From Gemmatimonadales bacterium (GTDB lineage: Bacteria > Gemmatimonadota > Gemmatimonadetes > Gemmatimonadales > GWC2-71-9): a DNA stretch of 37,269 nt. The stretch spans positions 1 through 37,269 of the forward strand of contig JBFJCP010000037.1 of NCBI GenBank assembly GCA_041615815.1, written 5' to 3'. The translations under genes were made by a program, and so were the position numbers. Position 1 is the first letter of the stretch, and every line of letters begins with the position of its first letter. The notes under the pieces were generated by a model. The model worked only from the letters and a program-made list of their open reading frames with translations. It searched no databases and was not told the DNA's origin. Of the stretch, positions 1-9,291 are shown in pieces.

Positions 1-1109
1 AAAAAATAGTGACTGTAGAAGTAGATGAGGCTGAGACCCGCAAATCCCGCCTGCCACGCCGAACCGGCGAACCACTCGCCAACGGTCTCGCCGAACCAGG
101 GAATCAAACCCAGTTGGGTGAGCGAGGAAGCCATCATCACGAGCGCGGCGAACCACACAAGCGTATCCCAGGCACCCCGTTCTCGCAGCACGTCGTCCCA
201 CGTGAGCACGCCCGTCACCAGGAGGACCGCCAGTCCCACGAGCGCCGTCACCGTGGTGTGAATGGAAAGGACGTCGCCGAGAATCCACAGCGTGAGGAGC
301 AGCACGAAACAGGCGAGCATGATCAGCTCGTGGCGGCCGATCGCGCCCATCTCGCGGAGCGTCCGACGGGCCAGCGCCGTAGCGTCCGGTGTCTCCGTGA
401 TCTCGGGCGGGAACAGGCGGTAGACGAGATACGGAACGAGGAGGAGACTCGCCATTCCGGGCACCAGGGCGGCCAGCGCCCATCCCGCCCACGTGATCTC
501 CACTCCTTGATCGCGGGCGAGTTGCGCCGCGAGGGGGTTGGCCGCCATGGCGGTGAGAAACATCGCGCTCGTGATGATCGTCCCCTGAAACGACGCCTTC
601 GTGAGGAAGGCGCCGATCCTGCCGGCGGTCCCGTCGTCGGGCCGGCTGTCGTAGGCCTCCGCCACGGAACGCAAAATGGGAAAGATCACCCCCCCGGCGC
701 GAGCGGTGTTGCTGGGAATCGCCGGCGCAAGCACGAGGTCCGTGGCGATGAGCCCGTACCCCAACCCGAGGCTTCGATGCCCGAGCCACGCCATGAAGAG
801 GTACGCGATCCGCCGACCGAGTCCCGTCTTGATGAACCCCCTGGAGATGAAGAACGCGAGCACGATCAGCCAGATGACGCGATTGCTGAACCCCGTCAGC
901 GCCTCGTTGATCGTGAGGGTTCCCGTCACCGCCGTGACGGAGATGCCGATCAACGCCACCGCACCCATGGGGAGCGGTTTCAGCACGATACCAAGGATGG
1001 TCGCAACGAAGATCGCCAAGAGGTGCATCGCCCGCGGCTCGACCTCTGGCGGAGCCGGAACGAACCATAGCAGGACAGCGACGGCGACGGGAAGTACGAA
1101 GCGGACCAT
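1..1109 (-). CDS. DASS family divalent anion:Na+ symporter (2-oxoglutarate/malate translocator-like); 3' end runs off the window
   Basis: Not in the ORF track. Manual translation from ATG 1109 gives MVRFVLPVAVAVLLWFVPAPPEVEPRAMHLLAIFVATILGIVLKPLPMGAVA, and the frame ends YFYSHYF at the window edge; both are typical DASS segments. Confidence 0.9.
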   Translation of the reverse strand, partial: MVRFVLPVAVAVLLWFVPAPPEVEPRAMHLLAIFVATILGIVLKPLPMGAVALIGISVTAVTGTLTINEALTGFSNRVIWLIVLAFFISRGFIKTGLGRRIAYLFMAWLGHRSLGLGYGLIATDLVLAPAIPSNTARAGGVIFPILRSVAEAYDSRPDDGTAGRIGAFLTKASFQGTIITSAMFLTAMAANPLAAQLARDQGVEITWAGWALAALVPGMASLLLVPYLVYRLFPPEITETPDATALARRTLREMGAIGRHELIMLACFVLLLTLWILGDVLSIHTTVTALVGLAVLLVTGVLTWDDVLRERGAWDTLVWFAALVMMASSLTQLGLIPWFGETVGEWFAGSAWQAGFAGLSLIYFYSHYF

Positions 1110-1253
1110 GACTCAATTTGTGAAGGTGCCGGGAGTCAAGCGTGTCTGTCCCGTACGTTGGCCGCGGCGACCCGGCAGAGCGCACCCACCCGGTGGGTTG
1201 TCACCGCGCTGGCCAAACGGGATCTTACGAGAAGGTGCCACCGCGGAACAGCC

Positions 1254-1736
1254 ATGTTGAACGCCATGTCTCTCCACAGCGTGATCGGCCCGGTGCTTGC
1301 CGCCGCGCTCATCCTCGGAGCTGTGGGATGCACGAATACGGATTTGCCCGCCACCATTCTGAGCTTCACGGTCTGTGGCGTTCACGTGGAAGGGTGTGTG
1401 CCAGGCATCGATACCGCCAACGTGGACATCGATTCTTTGCCACCCCCCGAAGCCGCCGGCGGATCGTCCACCGTCACCGTCACGGCAATCGTACAGACTT
1501 CTTGCCCCGCGGGCGCGGGCGAGCTTCGTCCCACCGTGATCGAGGACGGGCGGAGTCTGACCCTCGAGATCGAATGGCAGGAAGCGACGAGCGCCTGCGC
1601 CGGGGTCGATGACATCTTCCTCTACGAAGCCATCCTCGGACGATTTCCACCGGGCACGTATACGCTGCGTGTGATCCACTTCCTCAACTCGACGTCCGGA
1701 AACGTGATCTTCGAAGGGTCGGTGTTGGTGGCGTAG
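1254..1736 (+). CDS. Hypothetical lipoprotein
   Basis: Hydrophobic signal with lipobox LGAVG-C, then a small beta-rich Cys-containing domain. Start at ATG 1254 or 1266. Confidence 0.65.
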   Translation: MLNAMSLHSVIGPVLAAALILGAVGCTNTDLPATILSFTVCGVHVEGCVPGIDTANVDIDSLPPPEAAGGSSTVTVTAIVQTSCPAGAGELRPTVIEDGRSLTLEIEWQEATSACAGVDDIFLYEAILGRFPPGTYTLRVIHFLNSTSGNVIFEGSVLVA

Positions 1737-1760
1737 GGGGGCCGGGATCGGTGGCAGGTC

Positions 1761-2354
1761 TCAAAACGAGATGCGGGAGCCGATCAACAGACGGTGCTTC
1801 GCCGGCACCGCATAGACCTCGGCCCTGCGTCGCGCTTTCTCCCTCCCCTTGGCCCGCTCGACCGCCGTCGTCGCCCAGAGTTGGCCGATGGGGACCGCGA
1901 ACGCGAGCGCACTGGCGAGGTTGTCACTCCCGGTCGCGAGAACCAGCGTGAACCCGGTGAGCCAGACACCACTCGCCGTCAGGAAGTCGAGCCCGAAATT
2001 GCCGCGGCGCCCGTTGCCCAGGTGCACCCCAAGGGCGAGGCCGGCCGTCCCGGTGAGAGCGCCGGCATAGATCACGTCGTCCAGGGCACACAATCCCTCG
2101 CCGCAGTCCTCTGCGATCTCAAGCGCGATCAGTGCCCCCCCAAACCACCCCACCGTCCCCAGGAGGAGTCCGCCAATCACCGGCCAGCCCACCCACGGCT
2201 CGTCGTCCGAGAGCGGGAGATCGGGGAGCAGTGAGCTGGGAGCGGGGAGCAGGTGGGCGGGGTGTTGAGGGCCGGGAGCGGGGAGGGGGGCTTGGCCCTG
2301 CAGTTGGCCGACCCCCAGCAGCGCGACTGCAGCGACGACGACCAGGCACCTCAT
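1761..2354 (-). CDS. Hypothetical membrane/exported protein
   Basis: Signal peptide, repeat-derived Pro-rich linker, several Gly-rich hydrophobic helices, terminal Phe. Confidence 0.7.
   Translation of the reverse strand: MRCLVVVAAVALLGVGQLQGQAPLPAPGPQHPAHLLPAPSSLLPDLPLSDDEPWVGWPVIGGLLLGTVGWFGGALIALEIAEDCGEGLCALDDVIYAGALTGTAGLALGVHLGNGRRGNFGLDFLTASGVWLTGFTLVLATGSDNLASALAFAVPIGQLWATTAVERAKGREKARRRAEVYAVPAKHRLLIGSRISF
2211..2290. repeat. Degenerate GGGAGC(G/A)-type heptamer array inside a CDS
   Basis: gagcgggagatcggggagcagtgagctgggagcggggagcagg...ccgggagcggggagggggg; same unit as at 14405-14575; encodes PLPAPGPQHPAHLLPAPSSLLP. Confidence 0.55.
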
Positions 2355-2370
2355 CCCCCCATCCCGCGCA

Positions 2371-3021
2371 TTACGGTTCCTTGATCACCCCGTAGGCCTG
2401 TACCTGAAGCCGATCACCGTCCACAGAACCGACGATCCACACCTTGGCGCCGGTCCGCGTGACCAGCGGTTCCGGCACCTCAGCGAGGCGCATGGCACGC
2501 GGGCCGGCGAGCCACACGGCACCCTCACGCAGTTCGAGCACTCCCACGTAGGGCTTCTCCCCGCCCACGGAGATGATCTCGTACCGGGCCACGTCCACGG
2601 CACGCGGGGGCGAGGGGGGTTGATTGTCCACGGCGCGACCCCGCACCTCGACCTCGAGTCCCACGAGCTGGCCGAGCTCACCCCGAAGCGATCCGGTGAG
2701 GCCAACGACGGTGGCCGCGTTCCCCGTTCCACTGCGAACTACGAGCTGTTGTGGACCGGGGCCCGCGCCGACGGCGCGGACCACGCCGCGGACGGTCGTA
2801 TCGCCGGGCGCCGGGGCTGGCGGCGTGGCTCTCATGTCGCGAGTCGTCGGTTCACGGGACGGATCCGCGGTAATGGCGGGCGCTTGGGGTATGGTGGTGT
2901 CCGGCACGGCGGTGACATCCGCCGGCGGGCTTTCGTCGCTCGCGGAGTCGCCATCGGCCGGACGGTCCTGGGCGCATGCGACGACGAACAGGAGCAGGGG
3001 TAGGACAATGAGACGGCGCAT
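2371..3021 (-). CDS. Hypothetical lipoprotein
   Basis: ATG 3021 preceded by AAGGGG; MRRLIVLPLLLFVVA-C lipobox; Pro/Thr-rich linker, then beta-rich domain(s). Confidence 0.8.
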   Translation of the reverse strand: MRRLIVLPLLLFVVACAQDRPADGDSASDESPPADVTAVPDTTIPQAPAITADPSREPTTRDMRATPPAPAPGDTTVRGVVRAVGAGPGPQQLVVRSGTGNAATVVGLTGSLRGELGQLVGLEVEVRGRAVDNQPPSPPRAVDVARYEIISVGGEKPYVGVLELREGAVWLAGPRAMRLAEVPEPLVTRTGAKVWIVGSVDGDRLQVQAYGVIKEP

Positions 3022-3032
3022 GACGTAGCCCC

Positions 3033-5669
3033 TTACTGTTCCCGGATGATCCAAAAGTGCGGACGCAGGGCCGAGCTCAGAATGGCATCGCCCGATCCTC
3101 GCACCCGAATGGCCAGCGCCGGATGCGCTCCAGCCTGGCTGATCCGTGTGTATGCGGTCCCTCCCCCACGCAGGTTGCGGGAGTTCGTGAAGCCCGCCAA
3201 ACCCAGCTGCACGGGCTCGATTTGGACACCCATGTTGGAGATCGAGTCGAACACGGCGAACAGATTCCAGCTCGTCTTCTGCAGGCTCGCGTCGATCCCC
3301 GGAATGCGGCCGTCCGCCCAGTGCATCGCCGACCATTTGGCCATGACGCTGTCGAATTCGACTCCGAGCAGCGCCTCCACGTTGGCCACACCCTCGAGGT
3401 TCGGGTTGGCGTCGATCCAGTCCTGCGCCAGTCCGTCCTCCCCATCGGGATGCGCTGGCCCGAACCGGTCCAAGACGTATCGCTGGAAGGACCACGAGGC
3501 GCCGTAGAACCAGAAGGGCTGGCACGAAGTCGCATCGTTGATGTTGTGGTTTCCGAAGAGCGTGCAGTCCTCCGGTGTGTTCGCGTTGTGGGACTGTGGT
3601 GGATCCCAACCGTAATAGTATGCCAGCCGGACCATGATGAAGTTGTACCAATCGTCCGCCGCCCCACCGATCGCGTCCGAGAACGTGAGATCCTGCCCCG
3701 GGGCGTTGCCCAGCACGCTGTGCCCGACGACTTCCTCCGCCAGTGTCGCCTGCCCCTCCGACTCCCAGGTCGAAAGGGTGGCACTATTGAGCCGCCGTCC
3801 AAACTGGATGATGTGCGTAAACTCGTGCGCAATCAGCGAGGGCATCTGCGACAACACGCCGGCCTTGGTCTCCGCGCCGGTGCCACTCGTGTTGTTGGGA
3901 TCGGGCACGTGGCTGTAGAAGATCTCGCCCTCGTCGCTGGACGGACATGCCGGCGGCCCCACGCGATCGAACAGATCGGCATTGGTGACGAACCCCGCAA
4001 CAGCGCCGTTCCGCATTCGGTTGACCTCGATGGACAGTACTACGAACACCACTTGATTCATGTCCAGGTCGCTGGGCGGGCCGAAGTACAGGGTGTCCAC
4101 GGCGAAGATGTCGTTGTCGAACGTGGCGCTCGCGTCTTGGAGTTCCTGGTCCGTGAAGTCGCCCGCCGCGGGATTGTTGATGTCCGTGACGAAGACGCCC
4201 GACGAGCCGACCGCGCGGACCACCGTCGTGATCTGGGTGAAGTCGCTGCACAGGTTGGCGCCGTCGAGATCCGGCACACGGAACATGATGGTATCGCCCA
4301 CGTTCGGGGGCATCTGCAGAGCCCTAGCTCCCGCCGCAGCCCGCAACCCGCCAGCGCGATACTGCGCCATGAGGTCTCGCTCCTTGGCACGCAACGCCAG
4401 CTCGGCGTGCATGTGCGCCCGCCGGGCTTCGAGCCGTGCGATTTGCTCCGGCGAGAAAGGGAATCCGCCCTGCAAGGAACGCTGGGGAACCGGCTGGACC
4501 ACGCCCGCCGGCGGGGCCGCCGCGGCTCCAGGCAACGAGGTCATCGTGTACTGCACCGTCAGTGTGGGCGCCTCGGCCGCCGTCCCCACCCCAATCAGGT
4601 ACGCTTCGTTCCCTGCGCTCGCCGCTTGGAGCTGGAAACAGAAGTCCGCCGGATTCTGGATCATCCGGTATTCGCCCACCGCGAGCGACAGGAACTGCGC
4701 GGGCTCGAGGCGGTGATTGACCGGCGGGAGCGTGAAGCCACCCAGCCCGACCTCGACCCCCACGTCCCGTTCGGGCCTGCAGTCGAAGAGCGGGACGTCC
4801 ACTGTGAGTTGCGTAGGCGTAGCGGCGGTGACCGTGGACTGGACCCCATCGATGATCACGACATTGTTGGAGAGGTTCTGATCGTCGAAGCCTTCGCCGG
4901 TGATCGTGGCGCTCTGGCCTTCCACGATGGGATCGGGCGCGATCTGGGTCACGTTGAAATTCACGGCCTGCGCGGAGAAGAAGATCGTGTCCGCCACGAC
5001 TACCGAGACGGTCGCCTCGACGGTCTGCGCTCCGACGGGATCCCCGAGGGTCCAGGTGGTGGAGGCCTGACCGTTGGCACCGGTGTCCACCATGTCCGGG
5101 GTGACCGATCCCCCGCCACTCGTGACGGCGAACATTACCGTCACGCTCGGGACCCCATTGCCAAACTGGTCTTGCACCTGGACCACGAGCGGTGAGCCGA
5201 CCTGGGCGTTCCGGGGCGCCACCTGGTTGTTGCCCGAGACCTCGGCAACCGCCGTGGGCGCATCGGCCTGGGCCGTTGCGGTGAACGTCGCTTGCGCGCT
5301 CCCCCCCTGCGCCGTGACCCGTAGCTCTTGTGGACCCGATGCGGTTCCGAGTCTCCACGTGGTACTTACCTGCCCACTCGCGTCCGTCGTCGCGGTTGCC
5401 GACCCCACCGATCCACCACCGGAGATGATTTGGAACGTCACGCTCACCCCACTCATGGCCGCGCCGAACTGGTCGTTCACCTGCGCCACGATCGGGTCCG
5501 GCAGCTCTTGGTCGACCGTCGCGTTCTGCGCGTCGCCAGAGACTTTGACGATGGCGGACGGGGTGGGAGGAGCAGGCGGCTCGGTCGTTTCGCTGCTGCA
5601 CGCCCACCAGGCGGATGCACCCAACGCCAGCACCACCGGCGCTTTCAATAACAACGCGCTCACGCGCAT
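3033..5669 (-). CDS. Lipoprotein zinc metallopeptidase (gluzincin, M30-like) with two bacterial Ig-like repeats and an IPT/TIG domain
   Basis: Lipobox AWWA-C; two repeats of VSGxxQ...DQFG...SGGGSV...STTWxLG; TIG-like segment (ATITGEGF...QLTVDVP); AHEFTH followed by WESEGQATLAEE. Confidence 0.8.
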   Translation of the reverse strand: MRVSALLLKAPVVLALGASAWWACSSETTEPPAPPTPSAIVKVSGDAQNATVDQELPDPIVAQVNDQFGAAMSGVSVTFQIISGGGSVGSATATTDASGQVSTTWRLGTASGPQELRVTAQGGSAQATFTATAQADAPTAVAEVSGNNQVAPRNAQVGSPLVVQVQDQFGNGVPSVTVMFAVTSGGGSVTPDMVDTGANGQASTTWTLGDPVGAQTVEATVSVVVADTIFFSAQAVNFNVTQIAPDPIVEGQSATITGEGFDDQNLSNNVVIIDGVQSTVTAATPTQLTVDVPLFDCRPERDVGVEVGLGGFTLPPVNHRLEPAQFLSLAVGEYRMIQNPADFCFQLQAASAGNEAYLIGVGTAAEAPTLTVQYTMTSLPGAAAAPPAGVVQPVPQRSLQGGFPFSPEQIARLEARRAHMHAELALRAKERDLMAQYRAGGLRAAAGARALQMPPNVGDTIMFRVPDLDGANLCSDFTQITTVVRAVGSSGVFVTDINNPAAGDFTDQELQDASATFDNDIFAVDTLYFGPPSDLDMNQVVFVVLSIEVNRMRNGAVAGFVTNADLFDRVGPPACPSSDEGEIFYSHVPDPNNTSGTGAETKAGVLSQMPSLIAHEFTHIIQFGRRLNSATLSTWESEGQATLAEEVVGHSVLGNAPGQDLTFSDAIGGAADDWYNFIMVRLAYYYGWDPPQSHNANTPEDCTLFGNHNINDATSCQPFWFYGASWSFQRYVLDRFGPAHPDGEDGLAQDWIDANPNLEGVANVEALLGVEFDSVMAKWSAMHWADGRIPGIDASLQKTSWNLFAVFDSISNMGVQIEPVQLGLAGFTNSRNLRGGGTAYTRISQAGAHPALAIRVRGSGDAILSSALRPHFWIIREQ

Positions 5670-5784
5670 GGTCGCTCCTTGACCGATGTCAGATCCGTGC
5701 GATGCGCCCCAGAGGCGCGGGTCCTGGTGTCAACACGGAGAAGGGTCGTATCGTTCACGGCGAACTCGAAAGGATTCCTGGCGA

Positions 5785-6267
5785 ATGCGGTGGTCCGCCC
5801 ACCTCTACCTAACGCTCGCCCTGTGGAGCTGCGGGCGCAACACGAATCATTCGGCGGAGGCCCCTCCAGGCGAGCCGACGCCCGCAGTGGCGCCGTTGCC
5901 GGCATCGGGAGCCAGCACGACGCTCACCGGACGCTGGAACCTCGTCCCCGATACGCTCACGCCCAGACGGCCCGGTCTGCAAATGACCCTCGCCATCGAC
6001 TCGGGAGGGGCTGAGACGTTTCGCGGGCGGGTGGTGTTCTTCTTTTCGGGAGACGTGGGCATCGACCCCCGCATCTTCAAACCATTCGTCGGCCGGTGGG
6101 AGGACCGTACCGCCTCTATCGTTGTGGAACCGGCCGACCGCGATGCCCCCCAACTGACATTCGCGGGACGCGCTCGCGGTGACACGATCTACCTCGACCT
6201 CTTCACAATGGGGCCGGACACACTCTCCGGCGGGGCCGTCCCCTGGCTGCTGGTGCGCGAGCGCTGA
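5785..6267 (+). CDS. Hypothetical lipoprotein
   Basis: ATG 5785 gives MRWSAHLYLTLALWS-C (lipobox), then LTGRW and a beta-rich domain. Confidence 0.65.
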   Translation: MRWSAHLYLTLALWSCGRNTNHSAEAPPGEPTPAVAPLPASGASTTLTGRWNLVPDTLTPRRPGLQMTLAIDSGGAETFRGRVVFFFSGDVGIDPRIFKPFVGRWEDRTASIVVEPADRDAPQLTFAGRARGDTIYLDLFTMGPDTLSGGAVPWLLVRER

Positions 6268-6279
6268 GGGTTTACGCGC

Positions 6280-6672
6280 TCAGGGCCTGGCAACCGTCAA
6301 TGTGTAGTTCCCCGCCCCGAGCAAGAGAAAGCTCTCGTTGGCCGCTTCGACCACGCGCGCGGTGTAGGCCGATGATTGCTCGACGTCGGAGACCGTGATT
6401 CTGAGCAGCGGCCCGTCCACGATCGTGCCGACAACGACGCCCCGGAGATCACCGTCGGTCACGCTCGTGCTGAAGACCTGACAGGCGGCGCATGCCGGGG
6501 TCACGCCTTCCACCATCTTGGACTCCGCGGCCGTGATGCTGAACTGCACGGCACGGGTGTCGGCATTGGGCGATGCGAGATTGACCACGAGCTCACCAGC
6601 GCTCGGACCGCTCGAGCAACCTGCCACGATCAGGGCGGCGAGAAGACCAAAAGCGCCAGTTTTCATGGTCAT
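6280..6672 (-). CDS. Small beta-sandwich lipoprotein, translationally coupled to the M6 protease
   Basis: ATG 6672 overlaps the upstream TGA (ATGA); lipobox LIVAG-C; alternating beta-strand pattern. Confidence 0.8.
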   Translation of the reverse strand: MTMKTGAFGLLAALIVAGCSSGPSAGELVVNLASPNADTRAVQFSITAAESKMVEGVTPACAACQVFSTSVTDGDLRGVVVGTIVDGPLLRITVSDVEQSSAYTARVVEAANESFLLLGAGNYTLTVARP

Positions 6673-9140
6673 GGCTGGCCTGCCTTCCGTGCCGCCAGCG
6701 CCTGGGCCATGAGCTCCGGTGTGATGGTCACCTCGGGATCGTTCACCCATGCCAGAAAATCTCCTACGTCGAACCGGCCGTTCCCGTTCCCCAGAAAATC
6801 GAGGAATACGACCTCGTCGGCTGAGAGCGTCGTGCCGGCACCAACCAGTTGCGTCACTACATCCGCCGCCGCCAGCGTGGGAGCCGCCACGGTGAGCTGG
6901 ATCGACAAGATGACGGTCTGGGCTCCCGAACGGGCTCTCACGTCGAACGCAAAATCCCCTCGTGTCGACGGTCTGCCCGACAGGACCCCGGTGGACAGCA
7001 ACGTCAAGCCGGGCGGCAGCTGCCCCGAGGCCAACTGCCACGAGAGCGTGCCGTTCCCTCCCGTGGCCGCAAAGCGATAGCTGTACTGACCGCCCATGAT
7101 GGCCGCGGGGGGAGCCGCGGCGGTCACGATCAGCTCGTCCGCGAATGAGGCCGTCAGGTTATACGGCTGGCTCATCGTGAGGAGGAGCGTGTCCAGCAGG
7201 GAGATCAGGTCTCCGGTCCAGCCATCGAACACTTTTCCGGGTTCCGTCGATTCACCCACCAGGGTGACCACTTCGTTCTGTGCCACGAACTCGCCGCCGG
7301 TGAGATCGACTGAGGGTTGTGAGCTCACCTGTCCGCCCGTGCCTTGCACCGACACCCGCAGCAGGTACTCGGCGTTCACCGCGGCCGTAATGGTGTCCCC
7401 GGCCACGGTGGAGGTGAAGGTGTGTACCCTCGGCTGCCCGTTGGACCACGAGGCCCACGTGAAGCGCCGTCGACCATTCGGGGTGACTTGCACGGAGTCC
7501 ATCTCCAAGTCGTGATCGCCCACGCCCAACACGTCGTCGAACAGATTGAATGGCGTCCCGTCCAGCCGAAACGCCGCGAGCGTATCGGTCGCGGCGATGA
7601 GGGTGGGCGCGGCAAACCGGATGCGCGCGCTCACGGCCCCGCCAGGTGTCACCTGCGTAATGGAGTCTACGACGATGTAGGTCGGGGTCCCGTCGTTGCG
7701 GGCGCTCGACGGATTCGAGTTGTGCGCGAACCTGGTGTTGCCGGTCGAGCCCGGGAAGGGGTCACCCACGTCGCCGCGGTCCGCGCCGTTCTGAAGATCC
7801 CCAAATCCGTCGGCTTGTTCGAGTGCGAGCGCCTCGGGATCCGAGGCATTGACCCGGTTCGCTGCTCGGCGTGATGCAAGAAGCGTCGGGTCCACGTGCC
7901 AGACGAGCAGTCCGGGGCCGTGTTGCTGTGCGTCCGATCCTATGGGCTGACGGTTTTCGAACAGGAAATACTCGTTGGTACCGGCAATGGGGAGTACGTA
8001 CGCGGTGTCAGCGGTGGCGACCGGACTGATCGTGAGCGTGGTATCCGTCCCAATGACGACTTCCGTCACCCAACCCAGTTCCGCCCGGGACCAGGCTTCC
8101 ATGTGGGCTGGGCTGAAAGGCCTTCGCCAATTCCCCGAGCCCATGAGCCCCCAGTGACCAATGCCCTCCGAGCTTCTGAGCGAACTCGTATTGTAGAGAT
8201 CGGGAAGGCCAAGGATGTGACCGCTCTCATGAGCCACCACCCCGATCGCTTGCGGTTGGTCGTCCGTGCATCCCCCATCACCACCCTGACCACCCTGAAT
8301 CATGTAGTCGCGGATGCGGATGTTGCCGCCCCCGGCTGCCAGATCGAGCGTCTCGAGATCGGTGCCCGTCCATCCTGCGTAGGTCGATTTGTGCGCCCAA
8401 ATGTTCTGACTCGCGCTTCCATTCACCCCACCGCACGCACCGTCCACCTCAGGATGAAACAATACGATGGCATCCACGTACCCATCGTCGTCACCGGAGT
8501 TGGGGATGCCGTCTGCGCCATCGTTGTCGAACTGCCCGTAGTCGACCGTGGTGTCGTGCCTCGCAACGATTTCTTCGATGAGCTCCGCAACATTGCCGGC
8601 ACCGCACAGGCCATTACAGCCGCCCTCGTAGTAGGTATCGGCTCGTAGGACGCGCTTCCAATCGAGGACCGTCCCGTTGAAGAGTAAGCGATCGCCCGAG
8701 ATCTCGCGGTAATACGTATGGATCGTGTAGGGGGGTGCCGGATCGGTGCCGAACAATCGATCCTGCATGAGTGACCGCGGCATCGTCCCGACAATGGCTG
8801 CGGAGTCCGTGCCCTGGTAGAGAACGAGGAACACCGGAATGTTGAGATCGCCGCTCAAGACGCCGTTCACGAACGAGGCCCGCTGGCTCACCCCGCCCAC
8901 TCCCTCCCCGGCCCGGCCGGCATTGCGCTGCGCGGCCACGGCCAGCCCGCGACGGATCCAGCCGTTGTCGGGCGAAAAGCGAAACAGGTTGGGATTTTGC
9001 GCGATGGCATCGAAGTATGCCGCCGGCGGGCGCGCGCCGCCCAGCTCCCGACCGAGACGCACAACGTCGTCCTGCGCGCTAGCATCGGCCGCCGCGACGA
9101 GGAGCGCCAGCAGCGAGATTGACCCAATTCGTATTTTCAC
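6669..9140 (-). CDS. M6 family (immune inhibitor A-like) secreted metalloprotease with C-terminal Ig-like domains and an EF-hand/dockerin-like tail
   Basis: Signal peptide from GTG 9140 (9170 also possible); FDNDGADGIPNSGDDDGYVD; AHESGHILGLPDLY; WGLMGSG; YFLFENRQ; GLLVWHVD; Ig-like GQLPPGLTLLSTGVLSGRP; tail LDFLGNGNGRFDVGDF. Confidence 0.9.
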   Translation of the reverse strand: MKIRIGSISLLALLVAAADASAQDDVVRLGRELGGARPPAAYFDAIAQNPNLFRFSPDNGWIRRGLAVAAQRNAGRAGEGVGGVSQRASFVNGVLSGDLNIPVFLVLYQGTDSAAIVGTMPRSLMQDRLFGTDPAPPYTIHTYYREISGDRLLFNGTVLDWKRVLRADTYYEGGCNGLCGAGNVAELIEEIVARHDTTVDYGQFDNDGADGIPNSGDDDGYVDAIVLFHPEVDGACGGVNGSASQNIWAHKSTYAGWTGTDLETLDLAAGGGNIRIRDYMIQGGQGGDGGCTDDQPQAIGVVAHESGHILGLPDLYNTSSLRSSEGIGHWGLMGSGNWRRPFSPAHMEAWSRAELGWVTEVVIGTDTTLTISPVATADTAYVLPIAGTNEYFLFENRQPIGSDAQQHGPGLLVWHVDPTLLASRRAANRVNASDPEALALEQADGFGDLQNGADRGDVGDPFPGSTGNTRFAHNSNPSSARNDGTPTYIVVDSITQVTPGGAVSARIRFAAPTLIAATDTLAAFRLDGTPFNLFDDVLGVGDHDLEMDSVQVTPNGRRRFTWASWSNGQPRVHTFTSTVAGDTITAAVNAEYLLRVSVQGTGGQVSSQPSVDLTGGEFVAQNEVVTLVGESTEPGKVFDGWTGDLISLLDTLLLTMSQPYNLTASFADELIVTAAAPPAAIMGGQYSYRFAATGGNGTLSWQLASGQLPPGLTLLSTGVLSGRPSTRGDFAFDVRARSGAQTVILSIQLTVAAPTLAAADVVTQLVGAGTTLSADEVVFLDFLGNGNGRFDVGDFLAWVNDPEVTITPELMAQALAARKAGQP

Positions 9141-9291
9141 GCGTGACCAAAGTCCATGTCTGAAACCCACTTAAAGTAATGACGCCCGCAAGCGACCCAC
9201 GGTCCCGTGAGCCACGGGGCGTGCAGAATCCCTGCCGGGAGTCTCCGATCCGCCCATCCCGCCCGTCGCACCCATCCGGCCGTTTCCCTTG

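Noticed and set aside
9..1070. 353-aa plus-strand ORF
   Set aside because: Antisense shadow of the DASS transporter on the minus strand.
1118..1135. TTGTGAA half-site upstream of the DASS gene
   Set aside because: No matching second half-site.
3057..5195. 712-aa plus-strand ORF
   Set aside because: Antisense shadow of the 878-aa peptidase; no motifs; expected in high-GC DNA.
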